Assembly (NCBI GenBank): GCA_973895155.1 | Contig: OZ316893.1 | Coordinates: 5,284,171 to 5,348,170 of the forward strand | Length of the DNA stretch: 64,000 bases | Reading direction: 5' to 3' | Source: Marsupella aquatica | Lineage: Eukaryota; Plantae; Marchantiophyta | Shown: positions 49,890 to 64,000 of the stretch, piece by piece | Numbering within the stretch: position 1 is the first letter of the stretch | Layout: each line of letters starts with the position of its first letter | Translations under genes and position numbers: made by a program | The notes under the pieces: model-generated | Databases searched by the model: none | Seen by the model: the letters and a program-made list of their open reading frames with translations, nothing else | What the model was told of the DNA's origin: nothing

Positions 49890-50130
49890 GGTTGTTAAAC
49901 ATGTTGGAGTAGAAGGTCTATGGTTTAGAGAGCTTTACCCTTGTCTAAGAGAAGTATAACCTTCAGGCTTGTTAAACGTGTTTGAGTAGAAGGCCTATGG
50001 TTTGCAGAGCTCAAAGTTGAGTAAGAGAAGCATAACCTTTGGCCATGCTCTAGTGAGGCTTGTGAAACATGTTTGAGTAACAGTTATGTGGCTTGCCTTT
50101 GAACATGAGAAGTAATAACCTTTGTCCATG
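49890..50130. repeat. Degenerate 3-copy tandem repeat (~77-90 bp)
   Basis: ttgt(t/g)aaac(a/g)tgtt(g/t)gagta...gagaag..taacctt three times. Confidence 0.7.
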
Positions 50131-51316
50131 TTGAGGCTCAGGCCAAGCTCCAGTATATGAGGTGGACAAGTTTCAGTATAGTTCGAGTTTAACTCGTTCT
50201 ACAATTGTCCATTTTCTCAAATTTTAGTTTAAGTTGTTCACTTTCTCAAAGATAACCTCAGGTGGAAGCAATTTCGGCCTACTAGCATTGTGATGTCCTC
50301 TAGCCACAAGGTTCATAAATAATTAAAATGAGACCTTGTGAGATATCCTGGTGAGAAGTGTTTTGGCATTATTCAAGTTGCACCACATGTTTCACTAACA
50401 AGATGCCATTACGTTCATAAAAATCCATTTCTTGTGAAGGTTTCCAGTACCCAATGAGGTTGGTTCTCATCAGCTTTAACCGAATGGACACTACTACTAT
50501 TCATGATAGTAGCATCACAGGGGGGTATAGGCCACACTGGCGGAATCTGCAAAATATGAGTAATATGTAGCACAAGTGTCATCAGATAATTTACTCACAT
50601 TTGCTATTGAGATATTTAGGAGAATCCTTCATCAGTTCAATGGGCTTCTTCAACAAGTAGCTGAGACATTCCACAAGTCCACCACTATTTGTTCTGATTA
50701 TGCACTTCAGTCCACAGATCTTGGTGACTTTACAACATGCTCAAGCTCAAGAGATCTATTGTAGATTTCTAGTAGGAAAGGCTTGCTTCATTAAAGTACA
50801 TCCATGACTTGCCTCACTTGTAGACTTAGTTGCAACGTTAGATGTGGACCATTAGGGCGTCTCAAATCTGAAGTGCCACAGAAAGATCCACAACCCAACA
50901 ATATGAGTTGTGGATGTTGGTCACAAGTGGTAGACAAGCTTTGAAAGTTTGCCAATTTAGTCCCAGGAAAACATGTGTGACCACAAGTCTAGCCAAAACC
51001 AAGAGAGTTGGGATGGACAATTATATCATCATATTGGAGTACTAGATCAGCATACTATTGCAATGGTAGATCTTCATTTTTGCTTCATTAGACTACATTC
51101 ATGTCCCACTACACTACAGATACTACACTACAGTCATGCAATCCATTAGGTCATCACACTAATAATAATAATGGAGTTGCTTTTCTTTTGAGTTTGGCAG
51201 TTTATACTCTCTGGAACTCTTTTGTTTTTTCTGAGTTGTTTATTTGACCCTTTTTAGTTAATTGGCACTTTTTTCAAAAACCTCCACCACATCACTTTTT
51301 CCCATGATGTTCTTTA

Positions 51317-52742
51317 CACTAGTACAGTATACTTTTCCTCAACTGGAAACCTCCTACCGAAAGGTAGGCCTTACTACCGAAAGTCCCCTGTCACCATTTC
51401 TGTGTTGGGGCTTACCAAGTTAGCAATTGGTGGAATTTGTGTCGACTCTCAAAAGGCAGGTCAGACCTCAGGCAGAGGGACATGTGTACCACATGGAATT
51501 AAAGCCGGACACTTTTCCATTTAGAATGGGAGGACTTTCGAGAAGCGAGAAATGATCAGACCGAGACATGTGTAGACATTGAGATTGAAGAGAGACACTT
51601 TTTCAATTCCTAATGGAAGGAGTTTTGAGAAGTGCGAAATTCTCAGACAGGCCACAATTGAACGCCAGAGCTCCTCAGTCAGACGAATTCGTTACTCTAC
51701 CACATTGGCTGCATGCGAGCGTGCCAACCTTTCAGGAGCTAAGCTACAATCCTAGACAGAATTGACTGGAAATAAGACATTCTCTGTCTTCAAGACCGCC
51801 CAGATGCTGCTGCTTCTTTGGTCCTAGATCGATGAGTGAGTTACTGATTGGGCGTCTTCCTGACTCCCGACTCCTGATCTGAATCCTGATCGAGTCACTC
51901 TCTAAAGTATAGGCCTGAGCTCAGATATTCATGCAGCCCCTTCGAGATGCCTCGATCTTGAGTTCGTAGAAATTTAGTTGACAAGAAAGCTGACATCGAG
52001 ATGGGAGCTCTTGGAGTTTGCACAAGATTTGCGTTAGGTACTTGTACCAGAGTTTTCTTAGTGGTGAAAACCTGCAATTGAGCCAATTTCCACTTTGTCC
52101 AGAATTTTTTGTCACTGGGCTTTGCTGACTCTTTGGGTTAGTTCTACTTTTCCTCCGGCACACCATACCTTTGGGTCTTTGGGTTTTGTCCCGCCTTGCC
52201 ACCTGCCCTCCCATTTTTACTATGTCTCTTGAAGGAGATGAGTGGAATGTTTCACAGCAAAAACTGCCAAAAACATTTCATTTAGCCAGTCTCCCACCAA
52301 GTCACATGGTCATGTAATGTGATGACTCTCCTTAAAATCTAGGGAGATTTACCATCAAAATACATTAAGATACGGATAATTCTTAGCATCTCCTCCTTCA
52401 GACAAGATAAGTAAACGTTGTGAATTTTTGTCCTTTGTGCTTGTACAAAGTGGTTATGAGGCATTACCCTGGGTGAGGCCATGGAACCCCGGGGCCAACC
52501 TGGCCTGGGAATACTGAAGCTTGAAAATGCATTTTTAACTTTTACATGGTAAGGCATAAGTGGACACATACTGGTGGAGTGCCTAAGTGAAAAAAAAGTA
52601 ACAAAATCACTAGAGGTTTATGCTTGGTTGTCCATCCCAACTTGGGGTAGTGGGCTATAATTACCCCCTCTTGGGGATTGGTTACCCTACCCATTCACCT
52701 ACTTGGCTGATTAGAAAACCCAAAAGATTGCCCTGACTAGTG
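51317..52742. mobile_element. Possible non-autonomous TIR element (CACTAG...CTAGTG flanked by TA), with an internal ~87-bp duplication at ~51470-51650
   Basis: Ends ttaCACTAGTACAG and CTGACTAGTGtaa are near-inverted (one gap). Interior is non-coding. The match is short and could be chance. Confidence 0.3.
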
Positions 52743-53103
52743 TAATCCTTTTATTGGTAAGTTGTCGTATGGGCACTTGTCCAGGTGGTGGCGTAGGGTA
52801 ATGTGGCAGATTGTAGGCAATAGTGGTGAATGATTCTGGTGGAGGTGGAATTGGTCTGAGTTTTTAGCACTAAAAAAAACCCTTCTGTGTAGTCACAATA
52901 GCCACAAGGTAACTCCAAGGCAAAATCTAAAGCGCCCACCTCCCAAAGTTGGAAAGAGCAAGTCAGATAGCATCATGCAAAATCTTCCTTTCTAGGAGTT
53001 TGTGCTGAGGGGATTATCGTGACCACCGTCATCCTACTATCCTAGTTTCACCTGAGACATACAACCAGAATTCTTGGTAGTGATGCACGTGCTGTTGCAT
53101 GGA

Positions 53104-53252
53104 AAAGGTTATGCCCCTAACTCACAGGCCCCAAAAAGGTCCTAAACTCACAGACCCCAGAAAGGTATGCCCCTAAACTCACAGGCCCCCAAAATATATG
53201 CCCCTAGGTTACGGCCCCCAAAAACCGTTCGCCCCCCAAAAGGTACGCCCCT
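53104..53252. repeat. Degenerate ~30-bp tandem repeat (~5 units)
   Basis: aaaggtatgcccctaaactcacaggcccc-like units. Confidence 0.75.
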
Positions 53253-56025
53253 CTGATGCACATGAAAGGTTTTGGACTAATTGTTCAGACCCCAACACCT
53301 CAAAAAGATACACCCCTTTCTAGCACAGTCAAGGTTTACCCCCACATGTTGTGTCCCGTACCCCAAATACCTATGGGCCCTCCACAGTACAAGCCTTGCT
53401 ATTACCACTCTAGATGCTAATATGGACTTTTTTCTATCAATGGATCTACAGTATAAAATATTAAGTCCATCTCATGAGGTTTACCAAATCCTTCAGTAGG
53501 GCTTTAACTCCTTTGGCATCGTGGAGGGCTCTCGGTTTTTTAGGCTTTCCTCGGTTTGTCCGTTTGGATGGGTCTCCCCTTTATTCAATAAGACAAACGA
53601 GCATGTTCCGCATGCTATATGGGTCAGGCTTGTATTAGGATGAATATGCGCCTTCACTATCCTTCGTAGAGGCGAGGCGGTTGGAGTCCGGGCATCTAGT
53701 CGGATTCCATTGCTTGACCCCCCTATGCAGTTCACAACGGAGCTTTATCAGGCCCTTCACTGTGCCGTTGGGTAGCCTTTAGGTTTATGTGTCCTTTGTT
53801 CTCCTTGGGCTGGGCTTGTGCCTGGTCTTTTTTGTTTTTGCTCTTTGGCCTTTTGGCCTTTTTTCTCGTTTCCCCTTGATTGGGTTTTTTGGCCTGTGGG
53901 ATGCTGTCTCCCGGTTCTGCGCCTCCTGCTCTTTGGCAGTTTGATATATACAATGGGTCTCATGCCCTTGGAATCCTGCGTCCCACTTTAGCCTATTTGT
54001 TCTTGGTAGTGTACATTTATTTGTTTTCCGTACAGTACTTGCCTGGGTTCTGCATACTCACCTGAGCTCCTACGCCTTCCGTGCAACCTGTAGGGCACCC
54101 ACCTCCTTGCCTGTGGGCCCAAATTAAAATTTACATTTCACTCGAACTCACTAGCTTCCATAATTCGATGATAGCTTTGTCAAAAATGATGCTCCCATGG
54201 ACTACAATGTTGGTCTTTTTAAACTCCCATGGACAACATTTCCCAAAATTTGAGGTGGATTGTAATAACTTGATGGTCATAAATACAAATTTTTTTTAGC
54301 TTTGAGAATGTGCTAGAGGAGTAGGTAAGCTACTATTTTATCAAAGTTGTAGTGAATGTTTGATCATTTTGGTTGAGTTATTCATCAAGGAATGCAGAGA
54401 GCTAAATCCTATTAAATGAATTTTCATTGTGTTTATATGAAATATTAGGGCTTGTGTGTTTTAGTGTCTCCTCCTTCTCTAGTTGCAGTGCGGGTGAAAA
54501 ACTAAAAAAAAAGACCTGTAATCATCAATTTAAGGTCATGTGATGAACAATTATGGTCCTTGTCCATTCATAGGACTCCACCTGTAAGTTTTGATGACTC
54601 ATTACAAGATCTCCTGACTCTATGCAAAGTTGCGAGTTGGAAACACTGAAAATACTGACAGGTCATTGTGAGTCAATCATAACTAAACACATAACCTGAA
54701 AGTACTATCAAATACATATGTATTCCTTTACCAGCATATGGTTGCCCTATATCTCATAAAGTTCACTATACATCCTTAATCCTATACATAAGCCCCAAAC
54801 TCCCATGGACCATCAAAATGTGGTGTTTGGGATTACTCTGTCCAACATGGAGGTCCATTTCACTTTCTAGCTTCGGCACAACCGAGCAAGGAAACTGTCT
54901 GCATTTGGACCCGGATTTTGCTATGGATGCCAGCTCCTGCCATTTGGAGTGGGACTGTCACCACCCCACTCCAAATTTCCAATCATGGAACCCTTGGAAA
55001 CTCTCATAAGCATTTGGCTGTGACTTAGGGGTCTGGGGAAGCTTGGCTACCCGTGGCTGCAGTGTATTCATTGCACGATCCTGCACTCCAGGGTAAGTTG
55101 AGAGTATAACTGTGATGTATGGCACTCCATGTAGTGACCCCCAAGCTCAATCATTGTCATGTTCAAGAGCACCCATCCAGCCAATCTTCCTCTAGGCTAT
55201 AGAACTAGAATTTTCCAGTGCATTCAATTTTGAATTGAGTAGGCTGAGTACTCTGTTCCCAGTTCTTTTTGCACTTGGCCCTGCAAGGGTTTCTTTTACC
55301 AAGGGTCCCTTGTACTAAGATGACCTTTATCCAGCAGTGCAAAACTGGAGGACTGCCAAACCTGATTAAGCCAGATGTACATAGTAAGGTAGTCTTTACA
55401 TAAACCCAGCCAGACAAAGTTGAGTAGTCTCCATTTGCCAGACCAAAGACTACTACACCTTATAGGGCAAATGAATTTCTTCCCAATTATACTTTTCACT
55501 CAGACCAAATGTCACTGTATAATACCTTTCCCAGACCTTGCTTGCTTGCTTGGAGGGGAAGAGGCCACGTCACCATATTGAAGTGGTTGAGATCCTAAAA
55601 CTTACATCTTTGGGAATCACTGAGAGGTTTTTATTATTGACATCCTTTTTGACTTCCTATGGCTTCAATTGCCAGAGGTATGTGGTTTAATATGGGCAAC
55701 ACACACATGAGGGAAAAGCACTTTATATAATGTGATCTCCCCAGGGACCCTTCCCCTGAAGCATTTTGGGCTTTTTTTGACCCACCTGTGCCCTTCTTCC
55801 TTATTGTAAATCATGATTTCTTGTTGTCCCATGGAAAGCATAATTCCCTCCAGACTACCCTCCTCCCCCCTTCTCTCTCTCACCTCGAAATCATGGAAAA
55901 TGACTCACAGAATGCAAAAGAAAACGGAAGTTACATTTGTATGGCTTCCTTACCCAGCCTGGGAAATTATTCAGTATGTTACTGGGGTTTACAGCAATTG
56001 TCTATATGTTTACACTGAGAGCTAG

Positions 56026-56548
56026 GTAAGTGCAAGCTTGATAAGTGAAATCATGCAATCACTGCACAATTTTTTGTGTACTGTATATGTTTATACTTAA
56101 ATTGGAACTTGCCTTGATCCCTGATAAGTGTAACAATCTTCTATCGATAAAACAATTTTTTGAATAAGACAGGTGCAAAATGCTTAAACGTAAATTGCAA
56201 TTTTTCTTCACCCCTGATTAGTGCCATAATTTTCCATATCAGGCATTCAACTTTTCTGAATAAAGGGACCCAAAAATTGCTATTTCTTGGTAAGTGCAAT
56301 ATTCACTAATATTCCTATTAATATTGCTTGGAAACTGCAGTCACCAGTTAGGCAACCATTTGGGTTGTGTGTGCAACCCTGTATAGGACTTATCGAGGTT
56401 GGATGGTATTGATAAGTGCAAGTGTATGGAAGAATTGCACTTATCAGGATTCTGATCAATGCAATATCCTCATTAGGTTGCAGTTACCTGCACCTGCAAT
56501 GTGGTTTATTTATTGCACTTATAGATAAATTTCAATGTAAGTGCACCT
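56026..56548. repeat. Cluster of ~9 dispersed (GA/G)TAAGTGCAA-like motifs in both orientations
   Basis: Forward copies near 56027, 56040, 56123, 56216, 56290, 56411 and 56537; inverted ttgcacttat near 56435 and 56513. Confidence 0.6.
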
Positions 56549-58863
56549 AGTCCAGGCCACCCGTTTCAGGCATCCGCAGTGCGTGCTTCATCTAGCATTG
56601 TACATAGGTGAGGCTTCTTTGTGATGGCATCCTTGTGGCTGCTGGGCTCCCTCCTGGCACATTGTCTAGTTTATGTGACTTGTCGTCGTCACCTACCTTA
56701 CAAATGGTGCTGTGGAATCAGTCCCCTCTAGTTTAGTTCTTTTCTTCTCCCATGTTTGGTGGTCAGTTAAGTCTAACTTCTATAATAACCAATTCTGCCA
56801 AAACGTTCTTTGGTCTGCTAACAAAATTGGAAATGGAGGGAACCAACCTGAGCCCTTAAGATTTTGTGTACACTTGGATCCAGATTAGCTTTGGTTTCTA
56901 GATAATAGCCTCTAAAATAACATGGGGGTACACGGATTAATTTCGCTTTGCTCTTTAGCACAAATAAATAAGTACACGTTCAACATATAAGGGGAAGAAG
57001 TTCCCAACCGGGTTTCCCAAAGAAGTTGGCCCTTAAGCCCTTGCACTTACCAGGGGCCAGATGCATCCTCGGTTGTCAGTACGTAAAGGGTCGTGAGCTT
57101 AGGGTAGTCAAACGCTGGAGTCAGTGTGGCATGGAAGGAAGTAAAAACTTTCCTCTCATGACCCCCATTTTTCCATACCCAACTGTCTCACTAACAAGTG
57201 TGGTTGGTAACATCCATTTTTGGGACTCCTCATTTGGCTAGCAAACTAGCTAGTCATCTGGAGTCCTTAAAAACTACTAATATTATAAAAGGCAGCAAAA
57301 ATCAAAAGAAATTTAAAACCACTAGTGACTAGTATATGGAGAATTCACCTTGTAGAACCCCGCAGAGTCTAGAAAAAAATGAATCTAACAAGGAAAGTGA
57401 CGTAGAGGAATACTATATGGAGAATTCTGACAAACGCAGGAAGTCAAAGGAAGAAAGCAGACAGGCAGGCAAGATCAAAACTCCAATGAGGTGACTGCAA
57501 GTTAAACAAAAAGCTTACGATGTGAACTTCAGTATATAAAAGCTTGAAGTCCGGGTCTTGCAAGGGCGGGTCTTGCAAGGGCTCTCCGCATTCATACTAA
57601 CCATGCAGAAAAAGTGAAGCTTTCAAAACCTGTTCATATTAAAGACTTCATAGAGGTTCACAAGATTTGTCTCACAAATACAAAAATGTTGCCGAACTTC
57701 ACTATTCCTAACAACAAGAGAGCCACTTTACAGCTCATCTCCAGCCTCTTGTATGAATTTACAAACCTGTCCATCTGTTTCAGGATCTTCAGTGTGCGGG
57801 GATCTCCATGATCCTGGAGCGTGTTACATCTCCTCTCTTTGCAACATAGAGTACATTGTCACGCAGAGTTCATTGTTACATCGAGTACTTTGTTAGTTAG
57901 GTACTTTTGAACACATTCTCTTGCAAGTTAGAACCAGCCCAAGGGTATGGAAGATTTGCAATACAGGCGTGTAGTAATTTGTAGCAAGAGCAACTCGATT
58001 GCCAATGTTAACTTTCAGAATCAGTTTATCTAGGTTGAAGTGTACCGTGAGTACTTTAGCCTGCCATAAAATGGTTGCTGGTCTACTTCTGAGTAGCAAG
58101 TGTCCAAACTAAAGGCTATGGAGATCAGAACTCGATCTGTACTTTCCACACACAATCACTGCTAAGGAAACAGAACAATGATTCTGACTTGGGATCTGCT
58201 CACTTCTGCACGTGTCATAAACTCCACCAACAACAGATGTTTGATTCCCTGCAATTTCATGTTGTCAACCAACTGCAGGGTCCTGTAATGTTTTCATCAA
58301 ATATTGAAAACAAATTGAAAAAGCCATTTCACGGATACTGTGGTGCACCATCTCAGACAACTGGTCCGAAACATCCAGATGCGCCACACAATATAAAACA
58401 ATTTCTTTACACGAGGGACTAACTCTGCCCATTACTGATGACAATAACTTGTGCTACAACGGAAGCTGGCTGGTAATATATAGTCGATTTGAAAAGTTTG
58501 ACTACTGAATGTCAATGAGCTTCTACCATCTCAATGACAAATGGTTCCGCCTGGTCATATACATAATTCTAATGATTTCAGAGCTAATAAAAACTGACAG
58601 ACCTGAACAAATCGATGTTCCTGGGTGGAACTCGATGTAGGTTATTGCTGTCTCTACACTTCTCAGAATTTGACAGAGAGATGATTTCCGAAAGGTCTAC
58701 TCTTTCCACTGGAGTTGACACCCGATTACCTCTGATCGTTAGACTTGCCACTGAGCTTTGTCTTTCAAATGATAACCCTTGTTGCCACGAACAATTAACA
58801 CGAAGGTTCCCTCCACTACCATAAGATCCTCGAACGTAGAGTACCCTGCTTCACGCCTGCCGT

Positions 58864-61800
58864 TCATATTTGAACAGGGAAGAACTCCTCCATGCTGTGC
58901 ACATGAAGAAACCAATGACAACGACATCAAGCATTTTCCCAAAACCGATTAAATCAGAGGTTGCGACTTCGACCATGTTCACGAGCTAATCTATCATTTT
59001 GACCACTTGAAGCCAGTTAGGAAATCCATGTGTCTTAATCAATGTACGTCTAAAGTCTTTTACTTGCTAACTTGCACGATGATGGTTTGAAACCAATCCA
59101 TCTCCTGAAGTTTTTTAAAAAGTAAGGATTTGCTTAAAGCAATACCTGGGGCCAAGCGATTCTATTATATCAGTGGTTAGAGTGCTACGCTTGTGCTTTG
59201 CAAATGCATCAGCCGCAGCCTTGCGAACAAGTAGTGATCCCGCCAAAGCAGCCACCATTCCTGGATTGCTAGAAATACTATTTCACAGCATACCAAATGC
59301 TTCAATAAGTCATGTCATATTTAACTGGTATTAGATTATTTCTGTTCACAACAATAATCACTTGCCTACCATGTCAGGTAGTTAAAAACCAATAATCAGA
59401 AAACTTTCGGTTGCACTTCATGTAAAAAAATTTCATAAGCTTAAATATGGATTCTCACTTCTCCGAGACTGTCAGATTCTTGCCATTGGTGTTCTCCATA
59501 TACTGCCGAGACCAAGCCATGAACACAGCCGTGCTGCAAAGAACAGCGAGGGGAAGTTGTCTGTTATTGAACCCACTAATTCATTCGCAACAGCAGATAT
59601 AACAACTATGTAAAAAAGGAACAGATAATAGTCTTACACTAGTCTACCACAGATGTATTTGTAACAACAGACCATCAACCAGTGACGAAGACCATCACAG
59701 AACTTACATTCCTGATAAGACATCGCCTTGGCCCCCACATCGGCGAGGTGACCCAAAATACTCGGAACCCAGAACTACAACAATGAGAAAAAGAATCAAT
59801 CATTATTCATCCCATCACCGGAAAGCGTTGTAACTTAGTTTCATGCCCAGATAAATCTTAACTTTCTTCATGCAAGTCTCAGCATGTCACCATCCAACGG
59901 TCGGTAAAGACCCACAACAGCGAAAGTTCTGAAGACGTTTCACGGTCGCTTAAGTAACATCTTCGTAGTGTGGTGATAATATAGAACAACTGAATACCTG
60001 TCTGGCCATCACTGATCAGATCTTGTTTTCCTTTCTGAACTATTGTCACTCCTGACATCCTGCGTCCAAAACTCCATGAGATTTATGTTCTGGAAATCAA
60101 TTCATTCCAAAAATGACCAGAACCAAGCCTTCATGCGAGAGCTCTGCAAAGAATTTGTGCGCAGAACTATTTAATCCACCATCACAAGAGCTTCAAAACG
60201 GCGGAAGTAGTACTGAAGAAACGTTCACCCGTCACCTATTCATAGAAGATAACATGCAAAACATAGTTGGCGCTGGCGAGTTACTTTTCAGCTAGGAGTC
60301 GTAGCTGGGAGGGGAGGTCTTCAGGTAAGCTCTTGTTTTCACCCATCATCTTGCCCACCAGTCGTTTATGCTCATTCACATTTGGGGTCAATATTGCAAG
60401 TGGGTATCCAGTGACCAGCTCCGGTCTAATAGTGACAAGAAATAGTCCATCCTACGGCAGGTCAACAAATTCAGAATCCCTACTTTTCACTACACATTAA
60501 TAGTAGAGACTCTAGCGGTTCCAATACTCGGACTTCGAAGTTCATTCTATGACCAAGAAGAGGGTAGCAGAACTGCAATGTCGAGGAGCTACAACACTTA
60601 CAACGCGTACTGATGATGCTACCATTTTAAGCTGTCAACCAACGTAAAAGTCTCCCACCATATGATATTTGTTTTTGAGATAAATCCATACTTGTCAAAA
60701 GTACCCTTACCCCATCAATGACCATGGGAATGTTCTTTTCCCGTGCAATATGCATAATCTCAGCTACACTTTCCTGCAAATTTCAGTAAATACAAGGGTT
60801 AGAGTTTGTATCTCTCCTGATAGCAGAAATTTCATCGAACTGGCAGACGCTCGACCAGCCTTCTGTTTTATAGTGAGCCTTGACTATCCCGAAAGCAATA
60901 TAAGTCCGTTAGCAGGACACTTCAACGTACATATTGATCACAACGAAGATATAGCGGCCCATTTCTTCCACATCTCAATTAGATGAAAGACATCAATGCA
61001 CCATATCCAAACATGCATCAAACGAAGCACGCACCAGGAGCAATTCATCTCTACCAAGCCCTGGACCAATGACCAGGCAGTCAAAGCGTGGAATCCATTT
61101 TCCCACGTCTGTAACAACTTTCTCCACGAGTGGCTGCCAGGTTAAGCTTTCTGTACTGCAACGACCAACAGTGACCCAGGATATCAGTCTACGACTGGAA
61201 AAAGACATTATCTCATGGTGACAAAGCGACCGTGTCAAAACTGAGTGCAAACACTTCTTACGAGTAAACTAATGGCAACCGAAAACAATGAAATGACCAC
61301 ATCCCTTAGAACTACGAGCTGCATTCATATTGATTAAAATCAGAGCAGACTTCTGCTCCCTAAATCTTAACCATATAATTAAACACGAGGAATTAAACAA
61401 CACGTACTGAAGTAATGAAAGGAAGATGATTACTTCGTATCATGACTCTCACGAAGTACTGGGTGCACAATCAACTCAGGGTTGTAGCTCTTTATTACAG
61501 TTCCAGCACCTTCAGTACAAAAGACATGAGACAGGTCTGCACCCTGCAAACCCAACGATATCGGATACAACGCCAAGTTCAAAATAGGAAACTGGGATTG
61601 AACCTAACATATCAAATGAAGGTCAAAAATAGCCGAGCCTGAGGCTGAGACACCGGAAACAATCTTTCATTTCAAAACCGAGAACACTTCCAGACAATAA
61701 CGCTAATTCGTTGGCTTCGTTTCAAATAACGTGAGTATGTCTTCTATCACTGGTCGCACACGTACCCGAACCGTGCTACTCCCCATCAGCCTAGTGCTTG

Positions 61801-62733
61801 GGATTCGTTGTACGTCGTCTACAACGAGTGATGGACGATTCTTACTCTCCGGGACTCCAATCCCAAGCAGTAGGCCGACGGCAGACCCCTACTCTTCCGA
61901 AGCCTCCAGCCCGGCTGTTTAAAGAAGTTTATGTTCAAAGACGATTGGATGTGTTCAGGTGCAGCTTTATCGGCAACACTAAATTCTTTTCAACTAGTAC
62001 ACAGACAAGACAGAAGTGAAAAGGAGTTTCTTCTGATTCATGGGATATTAGAGGTAAGGGATTCATTTACAGCCATACGGCCCAGAAATCTCACCAGCTT
62101 GAGAGCTGAGATTGCTGCGTAGTACGGTGCTCCAGTGTACTCTCTGCATCCTCCAATGACCCCGATCTTACCTAGAGATCAAGATACTTAGTGAGATCTA
62201 TGCGTGATAAAGAAGCAGGAATCTCCAACCACATTCTTGGACACGTAAAACACCGATAAAATGAAGGAGCAAAAGGTGGCAGTTTGGTTCACATTCGAAA
62301 TATGTGCAATAATTCACATATCCAGCTGCGAAGGTGCCAAGGAAGACCCCAAATTTCCGCAACACGACAGGAAACAATTATCAAACCCTGTGAAGACATC
62401 CGGCGAACACAGGGTGCCTTAACAGTCTAAGTCAATGAAAATCAGCTCACCAGCTTGCCCTTTATGACGATCAGCAACAAGGGCGGGAATAACCTCCTGC
62501 AATCCTGGCAGAATCTGCTTCAAGGGCCGAATTAGGTCTCCCATCGCACTTAACTTCGAGTCCTGACTCCTTTCTTGGGTCGGAACTTTGGTAGATGAAC
62601 TGCTTATTGGTCTCACTTGTGAACTTGCCTTCCTTCCTTGCCAAAGAATAAAACAAGGGATCCTTTGCAGAGGTCTGAAAGGTCTTGAGCTTAAGATAGT
62701 CAGTCGCTGCGCAAAAGAGCCACCACTCTGCAT
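58864..62733 (-). CDS. NAXD: ATP-dependent (S)-NAD(P)H-hydrate dehydratase, 392 aa; exons 62733-62451, 62171-62095, 61543-61434, 61155-61035, 60773-60711, 60451-60285, 60059-59998, 59774-59708, 59533-59459, 59268-59146, 58894-58864
   Basis: The spliced product has [86 protein letters not shown] and [15 protein letters not shown]. All introns are GT-AG and phase-consistent. Confidence 0.95.
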
Positions 62734-63727
62734 CCCCTTGTCTCTACCCCTGTGCCCACAATCCAGACAGCCGATTAAATCCCAAAAGGACAGTGACCAA
62801 AAATATTACTACATGAAGAAAATTATGAGGAAGTGGTCTGCAAGAAATCAAGGCAGACACGAAACTCCAATGCGGCGACTGCGAGTTCAACGGAACACCT
62901 ATGAATATATGAAACCTTGACGCATCGAGGTGCTGACTTGTGCAGGCTACAAATTCAGGGCTGAGAGATCAAAATTGATCATAACAGAAGATCGTCTCCG
63001 TCTCCAGCAACCAGCGGAGGTAAAGAACGCCACTAGGCGAAGCACACTAATAAAAACCCCAATTGTAATGCAGAGTTAGAGTGAGTAGTGAAGTCCATCG
63101 CCGGAGAACAAAGTGAATAAAATTACTATCGACGTAACCGATTCAGTAGAGTGACCAACGAAATCCTGTTTTGCTTCGTGTTGTTTCGTACAGGCCCATT
63201 GTCACTTCATGAAATTCTTTCCAGACGTTCATCATTGGTTCTCGAAGCCATTCAGCGGAGGGAGTAAAACCGTTGATTTGGACCCATAGCCAATCCTGAT
63301 CCAACCTCTGGCACAACCCATTCTACTCTTTGGGACCTGACCAGCTCGGTGCAACCCAGCTACATGACAATGTACCACGGGTTCCACGCAGGATCTAGGT
63401 ACTAACTCACATGAGCATTAGTTTGTCATGATCTTGAGTGCTTTCGGCATGCAAAGTACCTGGACTTGATATATTGCCAAAAGGAAATCCTTGTCTCGGT
63501 CCTTGCAATCTTCTCAATTAGACGAACGTCTGCAAACTACGACAGAGTTTGGATCTAACGCAACTCAGCATACAATACCCGTAATCTCACTGGTATCCCG
63601 CAGCTACCCAGCGGCTCTCAGAGCTGTTACTTTAGGACCTCGTCAACCACCTCCCCTGCCTCCTTGGCAATCCCGTGAGGCGTGTTAAAGCTGTCTCCGT
63701 TGAATTCTTAACGGCCAACATTTTTCA

Positions 63728-64000
63728 GAAGGTTAAGACACTTTTCGGCGATCGGCCACGGAGATGGTTTGGATGAGTTTGACTGGGCCCACACGAACAT
63801 GTTATGGGAGGGCCATCTCTCGGAGTCCCCACGGCAACAGACTTCCGCCACTGCCAATCCATTCCAATTCTTAAAGAACCCAAGGGGCTGGATAAATCCG
63901 GATCCAGAGGGGTTCCAGATGAGAATGGTGTCGACTCTGTCCAGCATTCTGATGAATATTCTCGCAATAGAAATGGATGACAATCACAGAAGCTCACTGC
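63728..64000 (+). other. Open frame running off the window end; possible partial exon of unknown product
   Basis: Stop-free frame ..DGLDEFDWAHTNMLWEG..MDDNHRSSL after a ttttcag acceptor-like site. No motif recognised. Confidence 0.2.

Noticed and set aside
53490-54060. G/T-rich stretch resembling a LINE 3' UTR
   Set aside because: Only compositional similarity to 28060-28470; no alignable sequence, RT remnant or poly(A).

Overview
Eukaryotic land-plant genomic DNA; spliceosomal introns, plant gene families and an L1 LINE are present, and a liverwort-like bryophyte is my inference only. The first ~19 kb is a rearranged accessory island. It holds a 2OG-Fe(II) dioxygenase pseudogene with an inverted partial copy, a heavily decayed TIR-NB-ARC relic (TIR part present twice), an intact 2-exon ankyrin-PGG (ACD6-like) membrane protein gene with a frameshifted partial duplicate, and two intact, intronless, GC-rich tandem genes. 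Those two genes encode an unusual ~700-aa protein: three divergent HMG boxes, an acidic/NLS linker and a C-terminal domain matching my recollection of bacterial/fungal DUF6924. This is the best candidate for an undescribed, possibly horizontally acquired system. The rest of the window has CDKD (7 exons, one GC-AG intron), a near full-length degenerate L1, an intronless GT90/CAP10 glycosyltransferase, a MITE-like element, a 61-bp hairpin-bearing minisatellite, an intronless F-box/kelch-type gene and the 11-exon NAD(P)HX dehydratase (NAXD). All domain calls are by eye; no database searches were run.
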